This document shows, one piece after another, positions 46,453 to 57,800 of a stretch of 64,000 nucleotides of DNA. A program made the translations under genes and the position numbers. Location of the stretch: assembly GCA_024276825.1 (NCBI GenBank), contig JAJRWI010000069.1, positions 32,001 through 96,000 of the forward strand, given 5' to 3'. Each line of letters begins with the position of its first letter. Position 1 is the stretch's first letter. Origin of the DNA: an archaeon. GTDB taxonomy: Archaea > Asgardarchaeota > Thorarchaeia > Thorarchaeales > Thorarchaeaceae. Below the pieces are notes generated by a model, which was not told the origin of the DNA, ran no database searches, and saw only the letters and a program-made list of their open reading frames with translations.

Positions 46453-47489
46453 TCGAATAACTCATCAAACTTTTCCAGGTATTTCTTCTGTTCTTTATTC
46501 AGCTTCTTGGGAATCTTAATCTTCACTCTGACCAGCTGATCACCCTGCCGACCATCATTGGTGTGAACCCCCTTTCCCCGCATTCTAAACAGTGTATTAC
46601 CCTCAGTGCCCGGCTTGACATGAATCTCACTCTTGCCCCACATTGTTGGCACCTCAACTTTTCCGCCAAGCACTGCGACTGAAAATGGAATCTCCATCTC
46701 CATATAAACATGAAGACCTCTTCTAATGAAAAGATCGTGTGGTTTGACTCTGAATGTCACAAACATTCTTCCTGGTGGACCACCACGAGGGCCGAAGTGT
46801 CCCGATCCCCGTATGACTTGAGTGATTCCATCTTCAACGCCCGGAGGAATCTTTACTGTGGTATCTATGCGTTTCTTTACAAGTCCTGTACCACGGCATG
46901 CAGAACAGGGGGTGTCAACGATCTCACCCATTCCTCGACATGTTGGGCACGATCGGTTTCCAAATAGTCCAAAACCATATCGAGGATCAATCCCACGCCC
47001 TCTGCATGTAGGACATGTTCTTGGCGAAGATCCCGATTTGGCGCCTGTGCCATTACATTCCTCACATGGGACCATACGATTAAATACAATGTCCTTTTCG
47101 CACCCAAAGAATGCCTCATCAAAGGTGAGGGTAATCTCAAGCTGGAGGTCATCTCCAGTGCGACTTCTGCGTCTAGAACGTCCACCAAAGAAACCACTGA
47201 GTATCTCTTCGAGGTCTTCGAAGCCAGAGCCAAATGAAAAGCTCCAGCCTTCCATCCCAGCTCCGGGACCATCAGGAGTTCCGTAGCGATCATAATTGGC
47301 TCGTTTTTGGGGATCACTCAGAATTTCATAGGCCTCATTGATCTTCTTAAGCATCTCCTCTGCATGCTTATCACCCGGATTACGATCAGGGTGGTACTTC
47401 TTGGCTAATCGTCGATAGGCCCGTTTAATCTCCTCATCAGAGGCAGTTCTACTCACACCTAGTCGCTCATAAAGATCATCTTCGGCCAA
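46449..47489 (-). CDS. dnaJ: Chaperone DnaJ
   Basis: J-domain HPD, G/F region, four CxxCxGxG repeats. Confidence 0.96.
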   Translation of the reverse strand: MAEDDLYERLGVSRTASDEEIKRAYRRLAKKYHPDRNPGDKHAEEMLKKINEAYEILSDPQKRANYDRYGTPDGPGAGMEGWSFSFGSGFEDLEEILSGFFGGRSRRRSRTGDDLQLEITLTFDEAFFGCEKDIVFNRMVPCEECNGTGAKSGSSPRTCPTCRGRGIDPRYGFGLFGNRSCPTCRGMGEIVDTPCSACRGTGLVKKRIDTTVKIPPGVEDGITQVIRGSGHFGPRGGPPGRMFVTFRVKPHDLFIRRGLHVYMEMEIPFSVAVLGGKVEVPTMWGKSEIHVKPGTEGNTLFRMRGKGVHTNDGRQGDQLVRVKIKIPKKLNKEQKKYLEKFDELFD

Positions 47490-47510
47490 GAACCACCACC
47501 CCCAACTCGA

Positions 47511-49406
47511 CTAGTCAAGGTCATCAAAGTCTACATCGACAGCATCATCATCGGAGTCGTCTTTGTCGGACTTGCTGGAAGCAGATGTTGCACCATCAGG
47601 AGAGCCGCCAGCAAAGAACTGACTTGGGTCAATTCCCATCTGAGAGGGGTCAACTCCAGCAGCACCTGGCGCAGGTCCCTGAGTACCATAGACTTTCTCC
47701 GAAACCTTGAATATCGCTTGTTGAAGGTCGTCAGTGCCAGACTTTATCCGCTCATAGTCCTCGGAGTCGATTGCCTTCTGTAATGACTCTATCTTCTTCT
47801 CAACCTCTGTCTTGAGATCAGCAGTGACCTTATCACCGAAGTCCTTCAAGACCTTCTGTGCCTGGTATATCATATTGTCGGCATTTACTTTTGCTTCTAT
47901 CTGAGCCTTCCTCTTCGCATCCTCTTCTGCATATTGCTCTGCCTCATGCACCATCCGCTCAATATCATCAGACGACAGGTTTGTCGTTGCAGTAATTGTG
48001 ATTGACTGTTCATTGCCAGTCTTGAGATCCTTGGCAGTAACATTGACAATTCCATTGGCATCAATATCAAAGGTCACTTCAATCTGAGGAACACCTCGTG
48101 GTGCTGGAGGAATACCCTCAAGTCTAAACCGTCCAAGAGTCATGTTTTGAGATGCAAGAGGTCTCTCGCCCTGCACAACGTGAATGTCTACTGCAGGCTG
48201 ACCATCAGCCGCTGTTGAGAATATCTTGCTCTTGCGAGTAGGTATGGTAGTATTGCGTTCGATGATGGGTGTGGCAATACCACCTTCCGTTTCAATACTA
48301 AGAGTCAATGGTGTCACATCAAGCAGTAGAATATCATGCTCTCCTGCAAGTACTCCTGCCTGTGCAGCAGCGCCCAGAGCAACAACCTCGTCTGGGTTAA
48401 CGCTCTTTTCGCCTTCCTTACCAAAGATGGTCCTGATGACTTGTTGAATCATCGGCATTCGGGTTGCGCCACCAACAAGCAGGACTTTATCAATCTGTTC
48501 AGGTTCAAGCTTTGCATCAGATAGGGCTTGTCGGATAGGTCCAATAGTTGCTTGCACAAGGTCCTCAGTCATCTGTTCGAACTTTGAACGTGTGAGTGTG
48601 AGATTGATGTGCTTTGGACCAGTCTGATCAGCTGTGATGTATGGTAAATTAATGGTAGTCTGCATCACTGTTGACAACTCAATCTTTGCCTGCTCTGCAG
48701 CGTCCCTGATTCGTTGCATTGCAGAGAGATCTTTTGTAATATCAATTCCAGTTTCCTTCTTGAACTCTTCAACAACCCAATCGATGATGCGTTGGTCCCA
48801 GTCATCGCCACCAAGATGCGTGTTTCCGCTAGTTGAGAGTACTTGGTACACTTCTTCTCCAATGTCAAGGATTGAAACATCAAATGTCCCTCCGCCAAGG
48901 TCATAAACCAAGACCTTGAGTTCCTCGCCCTTCCCCAGGCCGTATGCGAGAGCGGAAGCAGTTGGCTCGTTGACTATTCTCATCACTTCAAGTCCTGCAA
49001 TGGTTCCAGCATCCTTGGTGGCCTGACGTTGACTGTCATTGAAATAAGCGGGAACAGTTATCACAGCCTTTGTGATCTTCTCACCCAGATAGGCCTCAGC
49101 ATCCTGCTTTAACTTTCTCAAAATCATTGCTGAGATCTCTTGCGGAGTATACTCCTTGTCACCAATCTTGACTTTGTAATCTTGCCCCATTTTCCTCTTG
49201 ATTGAACGAACTGTGCGATCGGGCATGGACACAGCTTGACGCTTGGCAAGTTCACCTACAACAATCTCACCCTGAGGAGTTATGCCAACAACAGATGGTG
49301 TTAGTCGCTTTCCCTCAGCATTTGGGATTATGGTTGGTTTCCCACCTTCCATGTATGCAATGGCACTATTTGTCGTTCCGAGATCAATCCCCACAATTCT
49401 TGACAT
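47511..49406 (-). CDS. dnaK: Chaperone DnaK (Hsp70)
   Basis: [40 protein letters not shown]. Confidence 0.98.
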   Translation of the reverse strand: MSRIVGIDLGTTNSAIAYMEGGKPTIIPNAEGKRLTPSVVGITPQGEIVVGELAKRQAVSMPDRTVRSIKRKMGQDYKVKIGDKEYTPQEISAMILRKLKQDAEAYLGEKITKAVITVPAYFNDSQRQATKDAGTIAGLEVMRIVNEPTASALAYGLGKGEELKVLVYDLGGGTFDVSILDIGEEVYQVLSTSGNTHLGGDDWDQRIIDWVVEEFKKETGIDITKDLSAMQRIRDAAEQAKIELSTVMQTTINLPYITADQTGPKHINLTLTRSKFEQMTEDLVQATIGPIRQALSDAKLEPEQIDKVLLVGGATRMPMIQQVIRTIFGKEGEKSVNPDEVVALGAAAQAGVLAGEHDILLLDVTPLTLSIETEGGIATPIIERNTTIPTRKSKIFSTAADGQPAVDIHVVQGERPLASQNMTLGRFRLEGIPPAPRGVPQIEVTFDIDANGIVNVTAKDLKTGNEQSITITATTNLSSDDIERMVHEAEQYAEEDAKRKAQIEAKVNADNMIYQAQKVLKDFGDKVTADLKTEVEKKIESLQKAIDSEDYERIKSGTDDLQQAIFKVSEKVYGTQGPAPGAAGVDPSQMGIDPSQFFAGGSPDGATSASSKSDKDDSDDDAVDVDFDDLD

Positions 49407-49408
49407 TT

Positions 49409-50065
49409 CTAATCACCTTCCTTTTCAGGGCTTTCTTCTTCATCTTGAGTTCTCTCTTCCTTAAGCTCGTGTCTATTTACAACCACTAGAGCAGGACGAA
49501 GCACTTTCTCTTTCAACATGTAACCACGTTGAAATTCTTTAATGACTATTCCATCAGGCTCATCAGGATTGTTGACTGTGGACACTGCGTGCTGATAATA
49601 GGGGTCGAATGGCTTTCCAAGTGAGTCGATAGGACGAACCTCTTCGCGAGAGAGCAGCTGTTCAATTTGAAGGAGAATTGCCTTAACTCCCTCTTTTGCA
49701 GATTTGGGGTCGCTCTCAAAGTCTGCCTCGACGGCTCGCTCAAGGTTGTCGGCAATCTCTAGAACCTTAAGTATTATATTCTCACTTGCATATTTAGCGA
49801 CTTCTTGAAATCGGCCTTCCATTCGCTTTCTAAAATTGTCAAATTCAGCCTGTACTCGGAGAAGACGGTCTTCTAGCTCATCAGCACGTTTCTTCTCCTG
49901 TTCTAGAGCAAGTTCCTTCTCATCAATGGGAGTTATCTCAATGACATCATTCTCTACAGTCACATTCTGGTCTTCATTTCCCATTGACTCCGCCTCCTCT
50001 GTATTCTCCTCGTCCTGCATTATTCTATCACTCTGTAATTGGTTGATGAAAGTACCAACTAGCAA
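49409..50065 (-). CDS. grpE: Nucleotide exchange factor GrpE
   Basis: [21 protein letters not shown]...LRPALV; likely start MQDEEN. Confidence 0.95.
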   Translation of the reverse strand: MLVGTFINQLQSDRIMQDEENTEEAESMGNEDQNVTVENDVIEITPIDEKELALEQEKKRADELEDRLLRVQAEFDNFRKRMEGRFQEVAKYASENIILKVLEIADNLERAVEADFESDPKSAKEGVKAILLQIEQLLSREEVRPIDSLGKPFDPYYQHAVSTVNNPDEPDGIVIKEFQRGYMLKEKVLRPALVVVNRHELKEERTQDEEESPEKEGD

Positions 50066-50219
50066 ATACGCACAAAATGTCTGATCTCAAATTGGCTTGG
50101 AAATGCCCAAGTGATTCTAGATACAATCAGCAGGAGTTATACAAAAAAAGCTTTCGACCTGTTCATAAACTGACATAACCGAAAACGACTTTTGAGAATA
50201 TGTTCAATCAAGACTCATT

Positions 50220-50960
50220 ATGGCAGATGATGATTCAATAGATATCGCCCGAGATATGATAGTGAGGTCTTCTAAAATCTCAGCTCTCACTGGTGCTGGA
50301 ATAAGTGTAGACTCAGGCATACCCGATTTCAGATCAGAAGGAGGCCTCTGGGAGAGATACGACCCGCATGAATATGCCACATATGATAGTTTCATCAGAG
50401 ACCCATCCAAGTTCTGGACTATGGGAAGAGAGCTTGCAAAAGTCCTGCTAAAGGCCAAGCCTAACCCAGCTCATTTTGCACTTGCAACACTTGAAGAGCG
50501 GGGAAAGCTAATTGGAGTCATCACACAGAACATAGATAATCTTCATCAAGTGGCAGGAAACAAGAGAGTTATCGAGCTGCATGGAAACTATCAAAGAGCC
50601 TTCTGTATGAGTTGCAATAAGGAATTCTATGGTGATGAGATTCATAGACGAGTCGCTGAAGGCGAGATTCCTCCCATATGTGATAGCTGCGGCGGTGTCA
50701 TTAAGTCCAGAACAATTCTCTTTGGCGAGCCGCTGCCCGAAAGCGCAATGAGTGAGGCAATTGAGATCTGTAGGTCAACTGACCTCATGCTTGTTATCGG
50801 AACAAGTCTGACCGTATATCCTGCTGCTTATCTTCCACAATTAGCAAAGAACTCGGGTGCCAAAGTGATTCTCATTAATTTGGATGGTACTAACAAGGAT
50901 GGCGTGGCAGATGTTGTGCTTAAGGGTCATGCATCAAAGATACTGACAAGGTTAGTTTGA
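50220..50960 (+). CDS. cobB: Sir2/CobB NAD-dependent deacylase
   Basis: GAGISVDSGIPDFR, TQNIDNLH, ELHG, CxxC..CxxC, GTSLTVYPA. Confidence 0.94.
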   Translation: MADDDSIDIARDMIVRSSKISALTGAGISVDSGIPDFRSEGGLWERYDPHEYATYDSFIRDPSKFWTMGRELAKVLLKAKPNPAHFALATLEERGKLIGVITQNIDNLHQVAGNKRVIELHGNYQRAFCMSCNKEFYGDEIHRRVAEGEIPPICDSCGGVIKSRTILFGEPLPESAMSEAIEICRSTDLMLVIGTSLTVYPAAYLPQLAKNSGAKVILINLDGTNKDGVADVVLKGHASKILTRLV

Positions 50961-50970
50961 TCTTGATATT

Positions 50971-51291
50971 TTAAAAGGCAAGCCAAGAATATGCAGCCAA
51001 TATTGCAGGTGCCACTAACACTGCAAGAAATACAATTATTGCTCCAGGAATGTAGAGATCATGGTCCATCATCCAGAGTCCTAGATATGTATAAGCATAG
51101 GAGATCACACAAGCAGTAAATCCCATTACAATCACTGCAGGCAATGGAAGAGCAATAGCAAGAAATGCTCCGGGAGAGGTCCAGAGGAGACCATAAGTAA
51201 GAACAACAAAAGCGCCCCTGACTATTAGATAGTCCAGAATAGTTATGAAAAGACCAACTTGGGAGAATGTAAGACGTGCTGAAAGACTCAT
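50971..51291 (-). CDS. Small membrane protein (3 TMs)
   Basis: Hydrophobic 106-aa ORF filling the gap between neighbours. Confidence 0.6.
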   Translation of the reverse strand: MSLSARLTFSQVGLFITILDYLIVRGAFVVLTYGLLWTSPGAFLAIALPLPAVIVMGFTACVISYAYTYLGLWMMDHDLYIPGAIIVFLAVLVAPAILAAYSWLAF

Positions 51292-51373
51292 GATTGTTCA
51301 TGCTTGAGATGTAGATTCTCCTAAAATATCCTTCCGCTACATCTAAAACGATTAGAGATGTGTAAGTGTTGTA

Positions 51374-52330
51374 ATGAACGAAATAGCATGGAGAGTTTCT
51401 AGCATCGGACAGCTGTCTGTTCTACTTGAAGTCAGCTCACCCAAACCTGGAAATGTAAGTAGAAAGCGAAGATTCTCTGATACAGATTACAGGCATTTTC
51501 TGGCCAGTGCATCATTTCTAAATAGAGGGCTATACAGTGCTGCAAAGAGAGGGTATGATCTCTCAAATGATGCAATCCCACTCGAACAACTTGAATTAGG
51601 TCAATTGATAAAGCAGTGTGCTCTTGACGTTTTGAAAGGATTAAACAAACGCAATACATTGCTGGGAACAATTATTCTTTACATCCCGTTGGCAACAGCT
51701 GCAGGGGCTCTCCTTCATGAGAAAAGAGAGTTCACTGTAGATGGTTTTAGAAAGTGGCTGGCGTTCATATTAGAAAATACCACAAATGAAGATGCTATCG
51801 CTTTATACGAAGTGTTTCACACGATTGATGGGAGCAGAGGAGATCAAAACAAAGCAATTAGAAACTGGACAGAAATCCATTCAAGGTATGACATCGACAA
51901 TCCTAATGTCTATGAGAACTTACGTGAGGATAAGATAACACTCTTTCAGCTCTTTAAGATTTCAGAGAATGTTGACACAATATCTCATGAATGGTCTGTT
52001 CATTACTCAACTGTTTTGGATGATGTCTTGCCGTATCTAAAAGAGAATTCTACAGGGCTTGATGACATTGAGGAGGCGGTTGTTAAGGCATTTATATGGC
52101 TGCTTGCAAATCAGATCGATGGCCTTATCGTAAAGAAGGCAGGACTAGAAATGGCCAGAAAAGTGACTGAGAAAGCGATGGAAGTAGTTGGGAGTAGATT
52201 CCAAAAGAAACAATTGGATGAACTCGATATATTGCTCTCATATAATGGGAATCAACTAAACCCAGGTTCAACAGCTGATCTGATATCTGCAGGCCTTTTT
52301 TGTAGGCTTCTTGAATTGGAGTTTCAATAA
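51374..52330 (+). CDS. citG: CitG/MdcB-like triphosphoribosyl-dephospho-CoA synthase family protein
   Basis: LEVSSPKPGNV, NTLLG, DGLIVKKAG, NPGSTADL. Confidence 0.85.
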   Translation: MNEIAWRVSSIGQLSVLLEVSSPKPGNVSRKRRFSDTDYRHFLASASFLNRGLYSAAKRGYDLSNDAIPLEQLELGQLIKQCALDVLKGLNKRNTLLGTIILYIPLATAAGALLHEKREFTVDGFRKWLAFILENTTNEDAIALYEVFHTIDGSRGDQNKAIRNWTEIHSRYDIDNPNVYENLREDKITLFQLFKISENVDTISHEWSVHYSTVLDDVLPYLKENSTGLDDIEEAVVKAFIWLLANQIDGLIVKKAGLEMARKVTEKAMEVVGSRFQKKQLDELDILLSYNGNQLNPGSTADLISAGLFCRLLELEFQ

Positions 52331-52516
52331 TCAGCCAATAATGCCACTGTAGACTATAGCAGCCAAGACAAATAGTATTATGGCAGAAGGGATTAGCATG
52401 ATTTTTCCTTCCATCCGTTTAACAGCACGGACTTCTCGATTTGGCCCAAGATGGAAACCAAGGATCAGAATTAGTCCCAATATGACAAGTGTCAATGCTA
52501 ATCCTTCATGAGCCAT
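52331..52516 (-). CDS. Small two-TM membrane protein
   Basis: 61 aa with two hydrophobic helices. Confidence 0.6.
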   Translation of the reverse strand: MAHEGLALTLVILGLILILGFHLGPNREVRAVKRMEGKIMLIPSAIILFVLAAIVYSGIIG

Positions 52517-52638
52517 TCTTTAACACACCAAAACTTGTTGAATACGAGTGACTATTAACTCTAATGATTGATGAGAGAGTTCTTTACAATGCATTGGCAA
52601 GAAGGTCGTTAGAATATTGAAATATTAAGAACACACTC

Positions 52639-52905
52639 TTACATCAAGAACTGTCTAAACACATGCTCATATTTCGCACGGAGTTCACGAGTCTTGTCGA
52701 TGTCTGCAAGATAGAGCGGCTGTCGCATATCCCTAAGGTTAGGAATCTTTCGACACAGATTTTGATTCATTAATTTTTGAAGAGCAAATGAAACTGTGCG
52801 CGGTGCCAAGTTTACCTTTTGACTGATGTCCTTGGGGGTCATTGGACCATCCTTTGCCAGTCTGCTCAAAACAATAATTGCACTTCTTGGAAGGTCAATA
52901 GACAA
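52639..52905 (-). CDS. Small winged-helix (MarR/TrmB-like) regulator
   Basis: MTPKDISQKVNLAPRTVSFALQKL...PNLRDMRQPLY; GGGGTGA SD upstream. Confidence 0.8.
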   Translation of the reverse strand: MSIDLPRSAIIVLSRLAKDGPMTPKDISQKVNLAPRTVSFALQKLMNQNLCRKIPNLRDMRQPLYLADIDKTRELRAKYEHVFRQFLM

Positions 52906-53007
52906 TTAATTCACCCCATCATGATGAAAAACTCTCATTCTCTGATTATAATTCTTTCCCATTCAATATAAGCAATCGGTTAAACGCAGCAGAAACGAGA
53001 GAAAATA

Positions 53008-54096
53008 GTGGCTAAACCTATTCTTAGAAACAATTCAGTTCCAGCAACTAATTATCAGAAAAGGAGAAATAATCGAAACATTATTTGTTGTAATGAGGTC
53101 ATAGAATTGGACAGGGTGTTTGTCACTCGAATGATTCCCGAATCAGGAATAAAGATGATGAAAGGAGCACTTGATGTGCGAATCTGGGAGAATAAGATGC
53201 CACCATCTAAGAAAGAGATAATTGAGAGATCTAAAGGGTGTGTTGGCCTAGTAAGTCTTCTCTCAGACCCAATTGATGCAGAGCTGATGGGCTGCCTTGA
53301 TGATTTGAAGGTCATATCGCAATATGCAGTTGGATATGACAATATTGATGTTCAAGCAGCAACTGAAAGAGGGATAATTGTGACCAACACGCCAGGCGTC
53401 CTTACGGAAACTACTGCCGACCTTACTTGGGCATTAATCATGGCAGCCTCTCGTAGAATTGGAGAGGCCGAGAGATTCGTAAGAAGGGGTGATTGGAAAG
53501 TTGCGTGGGGGCCCCAGATGCTTCTGGGAAATGACATCTTTGGTGCAACATTGGGAATAATTGGACTCGGGAGGATTGGAGAGGCAGTGGCCAGAAGGTC
53601 CGAGGGATTTGAAATGAGAGTGCTCTATACAACAAGAAGTAGCAACGAGAGGACTGAGAGAGTCGAAAAGGAGCTAAACGCCACACGAGTTGACTTGGAC
53701 ACCCTATTACAAGAATCGGATATTATTTCTATTCATGTTCCTTTGACCAATGAAACTAGGGGCTTTATTGGTAAGAGAGAGTTTGCTATGATGAAAAAGG
53801 GATCTATCTTTATCAATACTTCTCGCGGTGCAGTGGTTGATGAGAGGGCCCTAGTGGAGAGTCTAAAGTCAGGCCATCTCGGTGCGGCAGGACTTGATGT
53901 GTTTCAAAATGAGCCTATTCACATGGATAACCCATTATTGAAACTTGAGAATGTTGTGCTTGTCCCTCATATTGGAAGTGCCAGCTTTGCGACTAGATCA
54001 AAAATGTCAACAATGGTCGCAGAGAACGTAATCACTGCATTAAAAGGCGAAAGACCCCCAAATATAGTCAATCCAGAGGTGTTGAATAATGAGTAG
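53008..54096 (+). CDS. gyaR: Glyoxylate reductase / D-2-hydroxyacid dehydrogenase
   Basis: AVGYDNID, NTPGVLT, GLGRIG, INTSRG, LDVF, PHIGSA; real start probably ~53107. Confidence 0.9.
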   Translation: MAKPILRNNSVPATNYQKRRNNRNIICCNEVIELDRVFVTRMIPESGIKMMKGALDVRIWENKMPPSKKEIIERSKGCVGLVSLLSDPIDAELMGCLDDLKVISQYAVGYDNIDVQAATERGIIVTNTPGVLTETTADLTWALIMAASRRIGEAERFVRRGDWKVAWGPQMLLGNDIFGATLGIIGLGRIGEAVARRSEGFEMRVLYTTRSSNERTERVEKELNATRVDLDTLLQESDIISIHVPLTNETRGFIGKREFAMMKKGSIFINTSRGAVVDERALVESLKSGHLGAAGLDVFQNEPIHMDNPLLKLENVVLVPHIGSASFATRSKMSTMVAENVITALKGERPPNIVNPEVLNNE

Positions 54097-54622
54097 AGAA
54101 TGTCTTGATAGTCTGACTAGTAGGGTTTCAGTCAGAAAACTGTCTGGGACTATTGACGATGAGGGTATCAATAGACTCCTTGAAGTGGCTGTTGCTGCAC
54201 CATCAGCTGGCAATATGCAACCATGGAGAATAGTTGTGGTAAAAGACAATGAGAAGAAGAAACAACTTGCAGAAGCTGCTCTTGGACAATCATTTGTGGC
54301 ATCAGCACCGGTTGTTTTTGTGATTTGTGCAGTTCCAGATGAATCAGCTGCTCGTTATCATGACAGAGGACGATTTCTATATGTTCTCCAAGACACAGCA
54401 GCGCTAACTCTTCAATTATTGCTAGCAGCACATATGATGGGATATGGAGCCTGCTGGGTAGGTGCATTTGCTGAAGAAATGGTTGTTGATGTTCTTAATA
54501 TTCCCAGCAATATGAGACCTATATCTATAATTCCAGTTGGACAGATTCAAGGAACACTGCCAGCAAAGAGACCCAGACGGGATCTTGTTGAAATTGTTGT
54601 ATCAGAATCATTTGAAAAATGA
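54089..54622 (+). CDS. Nitroreductase-family protein
   Basis: SRVSVR, APSAGNMQPW, GACWVG. Confidence 0.9.
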   Translation: MSRECLDSLTSRVSVRKLSGTIDDEGINRLLEVAVAAPSAGNMQPWRIVVVKDNEKKKQLAEAALGQSFVASAPVVFVICAVPDESAARYHDRGRFLYVLQDTAALTLQLLLAAHMMGYGACWVGAFAEEMVVDVLNIPSNMRPISIIPVGQIQGTLPAKRPRRDLVEIVVSESFEK

Positions 54623-54790
54623 TAAAACATAGCTAATCATGGCATTATATTATTTTGACAAGTCCCAGAGTTTGACGATTGCTTGTCATGCTAGAACTTT
54701 CTGATCAGAATGGTTTTCGTAGAAATTATGCTTTCTAAATTTCACTTTTGCAGACAGATATGAGCGTGAAATAGCAAAGTCAAATTAAAG

Positions 54791-54823
54791 AAAAAAAAGA
54801 GAGTGTAGGGGACTTTCGTCCCC
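54791..54823 (-). terminator. GNRA hairpin plus T-tract terminator of the S8 protease gene
   Basis: Minus strand GGGGAC-GAAA-GTCCCC, then a pyrimidine run ending in T8. Confidence 0.65.
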
Positions 54824-54839
54824 GCTAATTGTGCTAGGC

Positions 54840-57800
54840 CTATCGCTTCTTCACGAGGAAGAGGATCAACACGACAACGACACCAACACCAACACCAGCA
54901 ATGAGTCCGAGAATCATCGGGTCTAATCCACCAGTCACGGGTGTTGTGGTGGTAGTCTCAGGTGGTGGAGTTGTGGTCGGTGTGGGCACAGGCACGGTAC
55001 CAGCTGTGAAGGTATCGCTCTCGATGGAGTCAGACAGACCCATCCAGTATCCAGTTGCAACAGATGGATTAACAGTTGGATCATTGTCGTAGACTCTCAC
55101 CATGAAGCGGTAAGTGTCCTTCTGGTAGAATCCGGTTGAGTCCCACGTGTAGGTTGTATCGGTCAGATTCTTGGAAAGTAGCTGGTATGTCAGACCGCCG
55201 TCGGATGACAGCAGTACTTCGTAGTAGAGATCATCGCCTGCGTTCTTGTCGGTTGCATTCCAAGTGAGAGTTACTGTTGCACCAGACACGCTGACATCAA
55301 CGCCAGTCAGTTTGGGTGCAAAGAAGTTCTGGAATGTCAGAGCGGCCAGGTTCACTTCAAAACCAATGTTGGTCTCAGTGTCTGCGACAATCTGGACCTG
55401 GAAAGTACCGTTCTTCAAGAACTGGTATGTATCGTAGGTCACAGATGCGCCATCAGCGGACTCGTATACACCAACACGGGTGTCCACGATGAGCTCAAAG
55501 GAACCCTCTTCCAAGTCATAGTCGAAGATACCGAACATTACTGAACCAGAGCGGTCAGCAGTGAATGAACCATGTTCTGGCTTAGCACCAGTGGCCATCT
55601 GATCTCCGAGTAGGTTGTTGTTGTATGTCCATGTGGAGTTGTCAGTATCAGCCCACCAAGCCATGATGTCACAGTCGCCATTTGTGAAGTCAACAGTTAC
55701 TGCGACATTGTCACCCTCCTTGATTCCATCAACTTTCATCCAGGCGAACTGGTCAAGTTGTACTGGAGCACCCGAGAATGGGTTGTAGTTGGAATCAGGT
55801 ATGACTAGTGTGCCGACCTCATCGAAGAAGATTCCTGAGAGGAATCCAATCTGGATATCGGACACCTCAAACTCTGGCATGTTTGGTAGGTTGAACTCAG
55901 GATAGGTCGCGTTGATCACGACATGGTCTCCAACAAGGGTGTCGCCATCAGCAACAGCCTGGGCCTCAGTCACATCATTGGCTGTGTAGCTTAGAATCAC
56001 ATCCTGTGCAGTCAGTGACTCGTACCACATTACCTCTAATGTGTAGTTGACTGGCAGCCTGTCGGTGCCGTTCAGCCCTATTGGGTGCATGAACAGGTAG
56101 TAGTCGCCAATTCCATCAATCTCTGCAAGTACTGCGGTGGTTGTTGGGGTCTTAGCTGAACCCTCACCCAATATGAAGTTCGTGTTGTCTAGAACTGCAA
56201 CATACATGTCGTTGCCTGTGTTGTCCCAGATCACACGGACACCAAGGTAGCTGGCATTCTCATGAGGCACATGGATTGCGTAGGTTCTGAAGTCCCAGTC
56301 ATCTGGATCTGACTCCATGCAACCCCAGACTGCATTGTCATATGGACGCAACTCAGTGTTGGTGTTAGGCACAATTGTGTTGACCTCACCTTCAGCAGCT
56401 GAGATGTTGGCTTTGACCATTACTGACCATGGGACCATTAAGGACCCAATCATGACATAGCCAGTGTGGATACCATACTCAGTCGGAGCGGTGTAGGTAA
56501 TGTTGACTGAATAACTAGCACCACCATCAGCAAATACGATGGGTGCAGGTGTTGTGTCCCAGAATGTGACTGTACAGGTGAATGGATTACCAGTGGTGTT
56601 CCACCAAGTGACACCTGTGTCAAATAGTGGGTCATGAATGACCAGAGTCAAATTACCCTCTAGTACTGCCTCAAAGTTAGCGGCAGTCACTCCGAATGGG
56701 ATGATGTTGGTATTGCCATCATCAGAGGCTGATGTGATTCTTGTCAGCTCGTTGCCTTGACCACTTGTGGCGTTCCATAGGTTGGGCATTCCGTCACCAT
56801 TGACATCTTCCCAATCGTAGAGGAACATCCATGGGTTGCCAGCATCGAGATCTGCAGGATCAAATGATACTGCTACAGTCATGTAGTTGTAGTTGGCCAA
56901 TGCGGTGTCGAAAGCTGAACCAATTGCTGCACTGAGGTTGTAGTATCCATACATCTGCTCGTCCTTCATGACGGTGTCATTGTAGGAGAATGTCACATCG
57001 GTAAATGTGAAGGTGTCGCCTTCAATGAAGTAGTATGCTGACTGTGCACCAAGACCAGCATAGGCCTCGGGAGTGTCAAACATATTGCCTGCAGCAGTGT
57101 ACACATTGTAGTGCACAGTGGCAGTATCACTAGGATAGACCTCTCCGAAGTAGATTCCACCATCGTAGATGTCAGACGCTAGAGGTGTAGCAGTGTTGTT
57201 AACAGTGTATCCCATGATTGAGCTGGGTAGAATACCCCAGTATGCCCAAGCATCGCCAAGTAGTTGCATGAAGTAGTTGTATGAATCAACTGTGGCTCCA
57301 ACAAGACCTCCATTGACAACAAAGTCAATTGCATCATATGCATCGACTCTACCAAAGCCCTGCTCGGCGGGGTTGTAGCCAAGATCAGTTGCTGTGCTCT
57401 GAATGATTGTCTTCAGCATTGGTGCAGTCCAGGTAACGGAATTGTCATTGAGTGCCTCAACGAGTAGTGCAACAACACCAGCTGCAACTGGAGCTGCCTG
57501 GCTTGTACCAGCAAAGAGCGTGTAGTTGGCCTCATAAGCTGGATTCCACCATGGACCAGCACTCCAACCGCCTGCAAAGTATGAGTAGTACCATGGAATT
57601 GCGGCATAGCCTGCAAGGCCAGGTGCAACAACATCAGGCTTTGGATATCCATCGAAGGATGGACCTCTGCTGCTGAATGATGCAATGCTCTCATAGTCCA
57701 TCTGATCAGGACCGTAGAGATACTCGAGCCAGTGGCTGCTTGTGGAAGCACCAACAGTCAAGACGCCTGCAGCTGAACCAGGTGGTCCAATTGTCATGTA

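Noticed and set aside
46449-50065. grpE-dnaK-dnaJ as a recent horizontal transfer
   Set aside because: This bacterial-type cluster is well known in many archaea, and there are no mobility signs here.
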